Positions 30,304 through 38,257 of a stretch of 64,000 bases of DNA are shown piece after piece. Both the position numbers and the translations under genes were made by a program. Location of the stretch: contig DATKNL010000012.1 in NCBI GenBank assembly GCA_035541435.1, positions 6,498-70,497 on the forward strand. The letters are read 5' to 3'. A model generated the notes under the pieces. That model searched no databases, had not been told where the DNA came from, and worked only from the letters and a program-made list of their open reading frames with translations. The stretch's first letter is position 1. Each line of letters starts with the position of its first letter. Source of the DNA: Minisyncoccota bacterium. GTDB taxonomy: Bacteria > Patescibacteriota > Minisyncoccia > UBA6257 > 2-01-FULL-56-20.

Positions 30304-30777
30304 TCAACGCATCCACGTGCGCCAAATGGGAGCAACGATGGATCCCAAGGCGAAGAGCGAAACCCCGATGACGAGGAGCAGTAGCGCCGCATAAAGCGTC
30401 TTTTTATAATACTTAAAATTTCTTAACGCTTTTATAATTGATTTCACCAATAAAAACTTTGGCTTATCTGGCTGCGGAGGTATTTCCCGCTCCGATAATC
30501 CAATGCTCGAAACCACTGCGGGAGATATTGCGTCCTCTCCTTTTTCATTGCGTGTATTTGACTCGATCCGCGTTAGAAGTTTGGCTATTTGATCTAATCG
30601 TTCGTTGGTCACCTCAAGAGATTCGACAATTTCTGTTATCTTCCAATACCAGGTAATAAATTCCCTGCAAATGAGAAAAACGATTATTGCTATCACAATA
30701 AAAACAAGCAAGGAAGACAACCCGACAGAAGACAATCCCAATATGTTTATCACGGGGTCGGGAACCTGGGGATCCAT
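30304..30777 (-). CDS. Island cassette gene 1: hypothetical 2-TM membrane protein (157 aa)
   Basis: Low-GC ORF preceded by motif box R1 plus a promoter and followed by a terminator at ~30236-30262. Confidence 0.5.
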   Translation of the reverse strand: MDPQVPDPVINILGLSSVGLSSLLVFIVIAIIVFLICREFITWYWKITEIVESLEVTNERLDQIAKLLTRIESNTRNEKGEDAISPAVVSSIGLSEREIPPQPDKPKFLLVKSIIKALRNFKYYKKTLYAALLLLVIGVSLFALGSIVAPIWRTWMR

Positions 30778-30819
30778 AAGATAACTATATCAAAGGCAGG
30801 GTCGGCTTCCTGATCAACC

Positions 30820-30844
30820 GTACTGCGCTGGACGAGCTCAGAGC
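30820..30844 (-). repeat. Cassette box R1 (divergent copy of the att-like motif)
   Basis: gtactgcgctggacgagctcagagc, compared with the consensus agtacgcggcgttggacgagtttagaac. Confidence 0.5.
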
Positions 30845-30856
30845 TCCGTTAGCGCC

Positions 30857-30893
30857 AAAATAAAACATGGCTGCTCCTTTCGGAACAGCCATC
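30857..30893 (-). terminator. Terminator of cassette gene 2
   Basis: ATGGCTG...CAGCCAT stem plus GTTTTATTTTGG on the minus strand. Confidence 0.55.
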
Positions 30894-30980
30894 GATCTGA
30901 AAACTATCTCGGGATCCCGTAGCCCACAAAAGGCAGCGGCCACGAACGGCCTCTTCGCGTCCTCTCCTCCCGTTGATCGG

Positions 30981-31211
30981 TTAGCTTATGACGACGAACT
31001 CGGATGGGTCATAGGAACCTTCCGTGCCATCGTCATGCAGGATGTCATAGCAAAGTCCGTGACAATCATGATGTCTCAGCACCTTCCCGGACATATCCGG
31101 CTTCTTGCTCGCCCATCCTTTCTCGGTCCATTCGTCTCGCATTGCGAGGTTCGGTTGGGTGGTTCTCACTCGCGTGCCCGGATCGATCGGCGGCCATTTT
31201 TCCCGAGTCAT
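30981..31211 (-). CDS. Island cassette gene 2: hypothetical soluble protein (76 aa from ATG 31211; track shows TTG-extended form)
   Basis: GAGGAGGAG SD 7 nt upstream of ATG MTREKWPPID. Confidence 0.5.
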   Translation of the reverse strand: MTREKWPPIDPGTRVRTTQPNLAMRDEWTEKGWASKKPDMSGKVLRHHDCHGLCYDILHDDGTEGSYDPSEFVVIS

Positions 31212-31249
31212 ATTCAACTCCTCCTCTCGTTTCATTGACAACTGACTAT

Positions 31250-31306
31250 GTTATAAATTAATGCATAATTTCTGTCAATTCACGCGGCGCTGGACGAGTT
31301 TAGAAC
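31250..31306 (-). promoter_or_regulatory. Cassette 2 promoter: box R2 (31281-31306) + TTGACA (31278-31273) -17- TATAAC (31255-31250)
   Basis: The minus-strand read is GTTCTAAACTCGTCCAGCGCCGCGTGAATTGACAGAAATTATGCATTAATTTATAAC. Confidence 0.55.
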
Positions 31307-31330
31307 CGATATATTGGCGATGGACGGCGG

Positions 31331-31362
31331 AACAAGAAAGCCGCTCTCGCTGAGAGCGGCTT
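31331..31362 (-). terminator. Terminator of cassette gene 3
   Basis: AGCCGCTCTC-GCTG-AGAGCGGCT, a 10-bp perfect stem. Confidence 0.6.
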
Positions 31363-31377
31363 GGTCCTGACTGATGG

Positions 31378-31893
31378 CTATCGGCTGAGGCCGGCCTGCT
31401 GAGTGACTTCGACGATGGCACCCCTGCCCGATTTTACGAAACGCACATCGCCAGGATCGTCATCGAAAAGGTTCCCGCACGACGCACACCCGGTTCCGAC
31501 GGCCCTCGATGGCATTCTGAGGAACTCCTCCGAAACCGGAACCAGGATGCATCGGGCAAACCCATTCCCGGTCTCTTCGCCATCATACGTGCCAACCCAC
31601 GTCCCATCCGCCTGCTTCGTGAACGCATAGCGAACAACGTCGGGTCGACCATCGTACTTCTTGTTGAATGTCAAAGCGGTTTCGGTCAGGTGGACATCAT
31701 CGACGATCGATTCGCCTAAAGGATCAACGAGCCGCCCGACGAGGATGCCTTCCCCGCAATTGTCGGGGCCTATGACGCCCGAGAACAAGGACCGCACCAA
31801 ACCGTGCAAAAACACTGCGTGAAGGTCCCCGCCGAGAGCGCTGAGACCAAGACTCGGCCGTTCCTGAAAGAAGAATCCCTGGATCAGATACAT
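31378..31893 (-). CDS. Island cassette gene 3: hypothetical protein (172 aa from ATG 31893)
   Basis: AGGAGG 6 nt upstream of ATG MYLIQGFFF. The track ORF extends to 32049, but that part overlaps the promoter and box. Confidence 0.5.
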   Translation of the reverse strand: MYLIQGFFFQERPSLGLSALGGDLHAVFLHGLVRSLFSGVIGPDNCGEGILVGRLVDPLGESIVDDVHLTETALTFNKKYDGRPDVVRYAFTKQADGTWVGTYDGEETGNGFARCILVPVSEEFLRMPSRAVGTGCASCGNLFDDDPGDVRFVKSGRGAIVEVTQQAGLSR

Positions 31894-31921
31894 CTGTCGC
31901 CTCCTACGGTACGCTGCCTGG

Positions 31922-32014
31922 ATCATAGCTGCCGAGCGATTGTCTGTCAAAGCTGCTCGAGCTCGACGAGATGCGATCAGCGAAATAGCGCGCGGCGCTG
32001 GACGAGCTTGGAAC
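31922..32014 (-). promoter_or_regulatory. Cassette 3 promoter: box R3 (31988-32014), TTGACA (31950-31945) -17- TATGAT (31927-31922)
   Basis: Read directly from the sequence: consensus hexamers with 17-bp spacing. Confidence 0.55.
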
Positions 32015-32015
32015 T

Positions 32016-32052
32016 TTGGGAGCGGTGGAAAAATGGAGAAGGCGACCATTTC
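32016..32052 (-). terminator. Terminator of cassette gene 4
   Basis: AAGGCGA-N10-TCGCCTT followed by CTCCATTTTTCC on the minus strand. Confidence 0.5.
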
Positions 32053-32083
32053 TGATCGCCTTACATGTTGCGCTCACCGGTCG

Positions 32084-32779
32084 TCAGAATCCCGCGGGGT
32101 TCTTTACGAGCGCGATGATGTCTTTCAGCGCGTAGTAGTTGGGATTGATGAAATAGCCAGCCGCATCGGTAAGCCCGCGATAAAGATTCATCATTCCGAA
32201 CACGACTGCGACCAGGGGGACGACGACAGTGAAGAATCCTCGCCATCCCTTGTGGGTAGGCAATGGGGGCAAATCAGGGTCAATACTTTTGAAGTTCGGC
32301 TTCTTGGGATCGTTGTCGTCGGGCGACGGCTGCCACCATTTGAGCAACAAGCGACGATAGAGCCATACAAGGAATAGGAACCCGATCGGATTGATGAGTC
32401 CTGTCACGCCTTTCACATATTGCTGCATGACGAGGACTCGCCAAAGCTGAGGAGCTACCTGTTCGATTTTCCCGGCCAAGTAGATCACGGTTTCTTTCGC
32501 CATGTCGAGGCCTTTGTCGAGGGCGTCACCGACCGTCTTGTGTTCGCCGGGTTTCGTGTCTTGAGCCTGGTCGTTTGCGGCTTTCTGAAGAACCTCGAGC
32601 GCTTGTTGGAGCTCTTTCCTTTGCTGTGGATCCTTCAGCCGATCCATGATGCTCGGTCCAGAAGCTTGTTGGGCAGGCGGTGCTGGTGCCTGCGAAGAGT
32701 TCTGCGCAAACGCAGAAACAAAAAGCGTCATCAGCGCCACCAATACCAAAACCTGCGTCGGCTTGCGTGTCATAACCAC
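32084..32779 (-). CDS. Island cassette gene 4: secreted/membrane protein (signal peptide + C-terminal TM, 231 aa)
   Basis: MVMTRKPTQVLVLVALMTLFVSAFAQ signal, Gln/Ala-rich helical region, and two C-terminal hydrophobic segments. Confidence 0.5.
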   Translation of the reverse strand: MVMTRKPTQVLVLVALMTLFVSAFAQNSSQAPAPPAQQASGPSIMDRLKDPQQRKELQQALEVLQKAANDQAQDTKPGEHKTVGDALDKGLDMAKETVIYLAGKIEQVAPQLWRVLVMQQYVKGVTGLINPIGFLFLVWLYRRLLLKWWQPSPDDNDPKKPNFKSIDPDLPPLPTHKGWRGFFTVVVPLVAVVFGMMNLYRGLTDAAGYFINPNYYALKDIIALVKNPAGF

Positions 32780-32809
32780 CTCGTCTTTCGATTTCGAACA
32801 ACTGGCAAT

Positions 32810-32865
32810 GTTATAACATTGCCATTGTAAAATGTCTAGTACGCGGCGTTGGACGAGTTTAGAAC
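32810..32865 (-). promoter_or_regulatory. Cassette 4 promoter: box R4 (32838-32865), TAGACA -17- TATAAC (32815-32810)
   Basis: The minus-strand read is GTTCTAAACTCGTCCAACGCCGCGTACTAGACATTTTACAATGGCAATGTTATAAC. Confidence 0.5.
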
Positions 32866-32873
32866 ATTATTAG

Positions 32874-32901
32874 CGAAAAAAAGTGACCCTTTTGGGATCA
32901 C
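32874..32901 (-). terminator. Terminator of cassette gene 5
   Basis: GTGATCCC-AAAA-GGGTCAC followed by TTTTTTT on the minus strand. Confidence 0.6.
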
Positions 32902-32926
32902 GTTATAGGCACCGACTAAGTTTTTA

Positions 32927-33190
32927 CTAAAGCTCTAAAGAATCGGGAATGTCCTTAAGTATCTCATTGAGAGCTTCGATTTTTTTACGCAACATTGGCT
33001 CAACTTTTTCAATTGTTCTTGGATTTGCATCCGGCCCAAAATTGGTTTCGAGAGCTAGAACAAGAGATTGAGCTTCCCCGACGTCTGCTCCTAATCGAGC
33101 GATAAGCCTGAGATTGTCACGCAATGCGTACAACTTCTCGGGGGTTATTTCTGATTCAACCTGCGGAGATTTGTTTTCGATGCTTTCCAT
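32927..33190 (-). CDS. Island cassette gene 5: small acidic helical protein (87 aa)
   Basis: ORF between a terminator and promoter R5. Confidence 0.45.
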   Translation of the reverse strand: MESIENKSPQVESEITPEKLYALRDNLRLIARLGADVGEAQSLVLALETNFGPDANPRTIEKVEPMLRKKIEALNEILKDIPDSLEL

Positions 33191-33267
33191 GCAAGTCCTT
33201 TTTGTTATGCTCTAAGTGAATCATGCGACCAGACACAATGTCAATCGGCTTTCGATCGGCTGAATAT

Positions 33268-33329
33268 GTTATTACATAATATATTATGTATGTCAACTTT
33301 CAGTACGCGGCGTTGGACGAATTTAGAAC
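33268..33329 (-). promoter_or_regulatory. Cassette 5 promoter: box R5 (33303-33329), TTGACA (33296-33291) -17- AATAAC (33273-33268)
   Basis: It shares TTGACATACATAA with the cassette 6 promoter region. Confidence 0.5.
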
Positions 33330-33331
33330 TG

Positions 33332-33375
33332 CATTGTCGTTAGAAAAATAGAAGAGGCGAATCCTCGTGAGAGAA
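33332..33375 (-). terminator. Terminator of cassette gene 6
   Basis: GAGGCG...CGCCTC hairpin followed by TATTTTTCT on the minus strand. Confidence 0.45.
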
Positions 33376-33409
33376 TCCGCCTCTTGTTGGCTAGTGGGCC
33401 CGGATGAAC

Positions 33410-33730
33410 TTAGGCGTCTGAGGTCGCCTTGCCAGACCTTATGGTTCTCGCCTGTTGAAGGAGAATGAGATGATCTTCGTTCACCTGACCGAGATGGTTG
33501 GCGAGAGCCACGATACCGTTTTCGGCATGTTCTCCCGACAAAGCGATGCCGCCCAGAGTCAGGATTATTAGTTCCAGGACGGGTTCGAACTTGGCCCGAA
33601 AACCCATCTGGACCAAGGGATCCATGGTGGCGATCGCCGTTCTGATTCTCGCGGGAGGCTCCCAAGATATTTTCCCCGCCGATCCCGCGTCAACGATTAT
33701 CGCTCGAGCAGAAGTTGCGTCTTTTTTCAT
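33410..33730 (-). CDS. Island cassette gene 6: hypothetical protein (106 aa)
   Basis: ORF whose upstream region carries TTGACAT fused to the tRNA-Glu 3'-end duplicate. Confidence 0.45.
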   Translation of the reverse strand: MKKDATSARAIIVDAGSAGKISWEPPARIRTAIATMDPLVQMGFRAKFEPVLELIILTLGGIALSGEHAENGIVALANHLGQVNEDHLILLQQARTIRSGKATSDA

Positions 33731-33806
33731 TTACCTTCCTCCGGGCTGAAATCTATTAGTCAAAAACGATCTGAAAGGATATTGTCATATCTATTTATGT
33801 ATGTCA

Positions 33807-33826
33807 AGTACCGCTAACCGGATTTT
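33807..33826 (-). repeat. Direct repeat R6: 20-bp duplicate of the tRNA-Glu 3' end (att-like)
   Basis: agtaccgctaaccggatttt here, versus agtaccgctaaccggatttg at 33993-34012 (19/20 identical). Confidence 0.7.
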
Positions 33827-33929
33827 CACTGCTCGGCAGCTTCGCTGCCTGCGCTTTGAGAACCCTCGGTTCTCAAGACTCTCCGACACGGGAGGGGCAG
33901 ACTGCCCCTCCCGACCCCTCCCCTCGTTC

Positions 33930-33952
33930 AAATCCGGGTCGGTGATAGCGGT
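33930..33952 (+). repeat. Inverted partial copy of tRNA-Glu 3' end
   Basis: aaatccgggtcggtgatagcggt, versus the reverse complement of the repeat aaaatccggttagcggtact. Confidence 0.45.
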
Positions 33953-33994
33953 TGCAAAAGGGATCCATCACAAGATGGATCCCTTTTGCAATAG

Positions 33995-34069
33995 TACCGC
34001 TAACCGGATTTGAACCGGTGTTTTCGCCGTGAGAGGGCGACGTCCTAGACCGGGCTAGACGATAGCGGC
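33995..34069 (-). tRNA. tRNA-Glu (anticodon CUC)
   Basis: Manual fold: acceptor GCCGCTA/TAGCGGT, D stem GTCT/GGAC, anticodon stem TCGCC/GGCGA with loop CTCTCAC, T arm ACCGG-TTCAAAT-CCGGT. It is close to E. coli tRNA-Glu. CCA is not encoded. Confidence 0.8.
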
Positions 34070-34087
34070 TCCGATCGCACCCGAAGA

Positions 34088-35437
34088 TTATAAGCCGATG
34101 TTTCGGTTCGGCGCAACCGACGAAGACGGCGGCCGGCTCGCGACGGCCGGGCCGTGCGCGCGGATCTCGCGGACCACGTCGTGAAGCCCGATCGCGTGCG
34201 ATCCTTTAACGAGCACGACGTCCCCTTTCTTCAGCAGGTCGCGCACGGGCTTCGCCGCCTGCTCGGCGGTGTCGAAGCTCATCACGCGCTCGCGGCGCAT
34301 GCGCGCGGCGACGGCGGCCTCGGCGAGAAACTTCGCGCGCGTGCCGACGGTCACGAGGATGTCGGCCTTCTCGGCGGCGAGGCGTCCCATGCGCTCGTGG
34401 GTCTCCATCGTGTACTTGCCGATCTCGAGCATGTCGCCGAGGACCGCGACGCGGCGCTTCGCCGGCAGGTCGCCCAGCGCCTCGAGCGCCGACTGCATCG
34501 CGATCGGGCTCGCGTTATAGGAATCGTCGATGATCCACGACTGCTTGTCGCCCGCGAGGACCTGCATGCGGGACGCGGGCGGGCGGTATCGCGTGAGCGC
34601 CTCGGAGATCGCGACGAGGTTCATGCCGAACACCACGCCGACCGCCGCGGCCGCCGCCGCGGAATAGGCGTGCGCGCGTCCGAAGACGCCCGGGATGCGC
34701 ACCGGCACGACGCCGCCCCCATATTCGAGCTTGAACGAGATGCCGACCGGCTGGCCTTCGGCGTCGATCTTGTTCTCGAAGCGCGACGCGCGCATCTCGG
34801 TACCCCGCGAGAATCCGAAGGTCATGACGTGCGCCCGCGTGCGGGACTGCAGCGCGCGCACGAGCTCGTCATCGCCGTTCAGGACCGCGTAGCCTTCGGA
34901 CGTAAGGTATTCGATGAGCCGCCCCTTCTCGCGCGCGACCTCGGGCGGGCCCGGATAGAACTCGACGTGTACGGGCACGTCGCCCACCGCCGTGATCACG
35001 CTCACGTTCGGGCGCGCGATCTGCAGCAGGTACTTGATGTCGCCGGGGCGGTCCGCGCCGTATTCGAGCACGAGGATCTCGGGATAGCCGCCGGACTTCA
35101 CGAGGATGCGCCACGCGGAACCGACGATGACCCTGATCCAGAACGCCGCCTTCGCGAGGCGCGCGGTGCCGGGCGGCTGCGCGCGGCTGATCAGCCTGAG
35201 CTGCTTCGGGCTCCAGTCGCCGAGGATCGCGAGCGGCAGGCCGAGGTCATTGTTGAGGTTGCCCTCCGAAACGCGCACGCGCCGTCCACCTTCGAGGACG
35301 GCCTTGATCGCGTATTTCGTCGAGGTCTTGCCGGCGCTCCCGGTCACGCCGACGATCCCCGGACGGTAACGCCACAGGGTGAGGCGCGCGAGCCGCCGCA
35401 GCACGAACCGCAGGGACCGGATGAGGGCGCGCTTCAT
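34088..35437 (-). CDS. murF: UDP-N-acetylmuramoyl-tripeptide--D-alanyl-D-alanine ligase
   Basis: GVTGSAGKTSTKYAIKAVL P-loop; Mur ligase middle and C-terminal domains. Confidence 0.85.
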   Translation of the reverse strand: MKRALIRSLRFVLRRLARLTLWRYRPGIVGVTGSAGKTSTKYAIKAVLEGGRRVRVSEGNLNNDLGLPLAILGDWSPKQLRLISRAQPPGTARLAKAAFWIRVIVGSAWRILVKSGGYPEILVLEYGADRPGDIKYLLQIARPNVSVITAVGDVPVHVEFYPGPPEVAREKGRLIEYLTSEGYAVLNGDDELVRALQSRTRAHVMTFGFSRGTEMRASRFENKIDAEGQPVGISFKLEYGGGVVPVRIPGVFGRAHAYSAAAAAAVGVVFGMNLVAISEALTRYRPPASRMQVLAGDKQSWIIDDSYNASPIAMQSALEALGDLPAKRRVAVLGDMLEIGKYTMETHERMGRLAAEKADILVTVGTRAKFLAEAAVAARMRRERVMSFDTAEQAAKPVRDLLKKGDVVLVKGSHAIGLHDVVREIRAHGPAVASRPPSSSVAPNRNIGL

Positions 35438-37080
35438 GGCTGGGCGTCGGTCCCGATGCGGTCGGGCGGGATGCTGTAATAGTTGATGATGTACTGCGAG
35501 AGTTCCTTGAAGGCCGGGACGACGCTCTGCGCCGCGAGCGCGGTCGCGGGCAGCGTGTTCAGGCGGATGAACGCGATGAAGCGCGGGTGCGACGCCGGGC
35601 CGAAGCCGATATAGGAGTCGATGAGGTTATTCGTATAGCCGCCGTGCACGAGGTCGGGAATGAACGCGCTCCCCGTCTTCCCGGCGAGCGCGTAGCCCGC
35701 GATGTTCGCGATCTGCGCCTTGTCGACGGCCGAGACCATCATCTGCGTCACGAGCGCGGCGGTCGAGGTCGCGATGACGCGGCGGATCGGCTGCGGCGCG
35801 AGCGCGGCGTTCACATAGGGACGCATGAGCGTGCCGCCGTTCGCGATCGCCCCGATGGCGCTCACGAGCTCGATCGGCGTCACGGCGATGCCCTGCCCGT
35901 AGGCCGCGGTGTCGAACGCGATCTGCGGCGCCTTCGGCGAGAGCTCGCTCAGGTTGCCGGCGACCTCGCCCGGCATGTCGATGCCCGTCTTCCCGTCGAG
36001 GCCGAACTTCTTGAGGTACGCCTCGAACGTCGAATTGCCCGTCTGGTTCTCGGCGAAGATCGCGCCCGTGTTGATCGAGTGCTCGATCACGTTCGTCATC
36101 GTCGTGCCGGCGCCGTACGGACCGTGCGTCGTGTAGTCATAGTTCGTGATCGTGGCGGGTCCGATCTTCAGGAACCCCTTGTCGGTATAGGTCGTGTTCG
36201 GCGTGATCTTCCCGGCGTCGATGCCGGCCGCCATCGTGATCACCTTGAGGATCGATCCCGGTTCGTAGACCGCCTGCACGTTCGTGTTCAGAAAGTTCGC
36301 GATCGGCGAGTCGCCGTAGCTGTTCGGATCGAAGCCCGGGTCGCCGCCCATCGCGAGGATCCTTCCCGTCTGCGGATCGGCGACAATCACGCTGCCGCCC
36401 GTCGCATGGTTCTGCTCGACGAGGTCGCCGAGCACCTTCTCGGCCTCGATCTGGATGTTCGGGTCGATCGTGAGCTGCAGGTCGGCGCCGACGGCCTGCG
36501 CGGACGGCCCGCTCGTCGACACTCCTTCGAGCATCCCGTTATAGAAGCTCTCAAGGCCGTAGTGCCCGCTCTCGCCGGTGTTCGACGCGTTCGGGCCGAC
36601 ATAGCCGAGGACCTGCGATGCCACGGTACCGAGCGGATAATAGCGGTCGTTCTCGACGTCGGCATAGACGCCCTTCACGTCGGCATCCTCGATGCCGTTC
36701 GCGACCGACGGGTCGGCCTTGCGCACCAGAAGCTCATAATCGTCATGCGGTTTCGAGAACAGCTTCTGCAGGGTCGAGGCCGGCATGTCGAGGATCGGTG
36801 CGACCGTGTGCGCCGCCTCGGCCGGATCGTCGATGGCGGACGGGACCGCATAGACGATCGGGAACTGCTTCTCGATCGCGGCCGGCAGCTCGTTGCCGTT
36901 CAGGTCCGTGAAATAGATCGCGCCGCGGGTGCCGTTCGTGCCGACGGCCGCGGCGACCTCGGACGCGGCCTTCGCGTAGTAATAGTTCCCTTTTACGAGC
37001 TGGATCTCATAAAGATGGAAGAGGAGCGCGCCATAGGCGACGGCGATCAGGGCGATGATTAGCGAGAAACGATAGGCCAT
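35434..37080 (-). CDS. ftsI: Peptidoglycan D,D-transpeptidase (class B PBP, FtsI-like)
   Basis: N-terminal TM, PBP dimerisation domain, and a transpeptidase domain with SxxK/SxN/KTG-type motifs (GSILKVI, KTGSA). Confidence 0.8.
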   Translation of the reverse strand: MAYRFSLIIALIAVAYGALLFHLYEIQLVKGNYYYAKAASEVAAAVGTNGTRGAIYFTDLNGNELPAAIEKQFPIVYAVPSAIDDPAEAAHTVAPILDMPASTLQKLFSKPHDDYELLVRKADPSVANGIEDADVKGVYADVENDRYYPLGTVASQVLGYVGPNASNTGESGHYGLESFYNGMLEGVSTSGPSAQAVGADLQLTIDPNIQIEAEKVLGDLVEQNHATGGSVIVADPQTGRILAMGGDPGFDPNSYGDSPIANFLNTNVQAVYEPGSILKVITMAAGIDAGKITPNTTYTDKGFLKIGPATITNYDYTTHGPYGAGTTMTNVIEHSINTGAIFAENQTGNSTFEAYLKKFGLDGKTGIDMPGEVAGNLSELSPKAPQIAFDTAAYGQGIAVTPIELVSAIGAIANGGTLMRPYVNAALAPQPIRRVIATSTAALVTQMMVSAVDKAQIANIAGYALAGKTGSAFIPDLVHGGYTNNLIDSYIGFGPASHPRFIAFIRLNTLPATALAAQSVVPAFKELSQYIINYYSIPPDRIGTDAQP

Positions 37081-37373
37081 TGGGTGGTGACCGTCCGGTA
37101 CTGGGGGTTGTTTTCCTGAACAAGGCCGTCCTGCGACGCGATCGCGGCCGCCTGGCTCGCGCTCAGCGTGGCGATGAGGGCGTTGCTCGACGCGGTGTTC
37201 TCGGCGCCGATGTCGTCGAGCTTCGCCTTCATGGCCGCGATGTTGTGCGTCATGTTCACCGTCTGATTATAAGCCACGACAAGCCAAAAGGTTCCCACAA
37301 GGACGGCAACCGTGAGCAGCACGAGGATGCCGTTGATCAAACTCTTTGGCTTGTTGGGTTGAATGAAGGTCAT
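37059..37373 (-). CDS. ftsL: FtsL-like small bitopic division protein
   Basis: 104 aa with a single TM and coiled coil, in the dcw position between rsmH and ftsI. Confidence 0.55.
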   Translation of the reverse strand: MTFIQPNKPKSLINGILVLLTVAVLVGTFWLVVAYNQTVNMTHNIAAMKAKLDDIGAENTASSNALIATLSASQAAAIASQDGLVQENNPQYRTVTTQWPIVSR

Positions 37374-38257
37374 GGGTTCATGCGCAGCGCCCGGAGCTTG
37401 GCCGACCGGCTGCGCGGATTGCGGACGACTTCCTCGCGCGATGCCGCAACGGGCTTCTTCGCGAGCAGGCTCGCCTCGCCTGCCGTCGCCATCCTCTGAA
37501 ACGCCCGCTTCACGATGCGGTCCTCGAGCGAATGGAACGTGATGATCGCGATCCGTCCGCCCGCCGCCATGATGTCGCGCGCCACGGCGAGGATCCGTTC
37601 GAGGTTGGCCAGTTCGCCGTTCGCATAGATGCGCAATGCCTGGAAGGTGCGGGTTGCCGGATCAATCCTGCCCCGCTCGTAGTTTCTCGGCAGGGCGTTC
37701 CGCACGACGTCGGCCAGCTGCCCGCTCGTCGTGATCGGCGTCTGCCGGCCCGCGAGCTTGATCGCCTTCGCGATCGCGCGCGAGCGGCGTTCGCCGCCGT
37801 ACTGATAGATGATATCGGCAAGCGACGACTCGCTCTCCTCGCGGATCACGTGCGCGACCGGCTTCGCGGCCGGATCGTACGTCATGATGAGCGGCTCGTC
37901 GCGCGACGATTCCGAAAAGCTGAAGCCGCGGCCCGAGGCCTCGAGCTGGTCCGACGAGAATCCGAGGTCGAGGAGCAGCCCGTCGGCTTTCGGACATTCC
38001 TCCTGCGCGAGGATCGCGGGCAGGTCGGCGTAGTTGCCGCAGACATACCGCTCGCGGTCGCCGTACTGTTTGTTGTCGATCCTCTTCCGGATCATCGTCT
38101 CGTCCCAGTCGACGCCGAGGAACATCCCCTGCGGCATGATCCGTTCAAGGACCGCCGCCGCATGCCCTCCGCCGTCCACCGTGCCGTCGATGACGAACTC
38201 CCCCGGATGCGGGTCGAGCGCCTCGATGACTTCCTCTAAAAGAACTGCTTCGTGCAT
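37370..38257 (-). CDS. rsmH: 16S rRNA (cytosine1402-N4)-methyltransferase RsmH/MraW
   Basis: HEAVLLEEVIEAL...FVIDGTVDGGGH...LLDLGFSSDQL. Confidence 0.9.
   Translation of the reverse strand: MHEAVLLEEVIEALDPHPGEFVIDGTVDGGGHAAAVLERIMPQGMFLGVDWDETMIRKRIDNKQYGDRERYVCGNYADLPAILAQEECPKADGLLLDLGFSSDQLEASGRGFSFSESSRDEPLIMTYDPAAKPVAHVIREESESSLADIIYQYGGERRSRAIAKAIKLAGRQTPITTSGQLADVVRNALPRNYERGRIDPATRTFQALRIYANGELANLERILAVARDIMAAGGRIAIITFHSLEDRIVKRAFQRMATAGEASLLAKKPVAASREEVVRNPRSRSAKLRALRMNP

Noticed and set aside
30820-33329. Possible CRISPR array suggested by five ~26-bp repeats
   Set aside because: Spacing is 470-850 bp, not 30-40 bp. The repeats are imperfect, and each sits in a promoter region between protein-coding cassettes.
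30230-33830. Classical integron (attC cassettes)
   Set aside because: There is no intI and no attC-like imperfect palindromes with R/L core sites. Each cassette has its own promoter, unlike integron cassettes. The repeats relate to a tRNA 3' end instead.
33924-33955. Second tRNA on the + strand
   Set aside because: It has only a T-arm-like fragment (CGTTCAAATCCGGG) without an acceptor or anticodon arm. I interpret it as an inverted partial copy of the tRNA-Glu 3' end.
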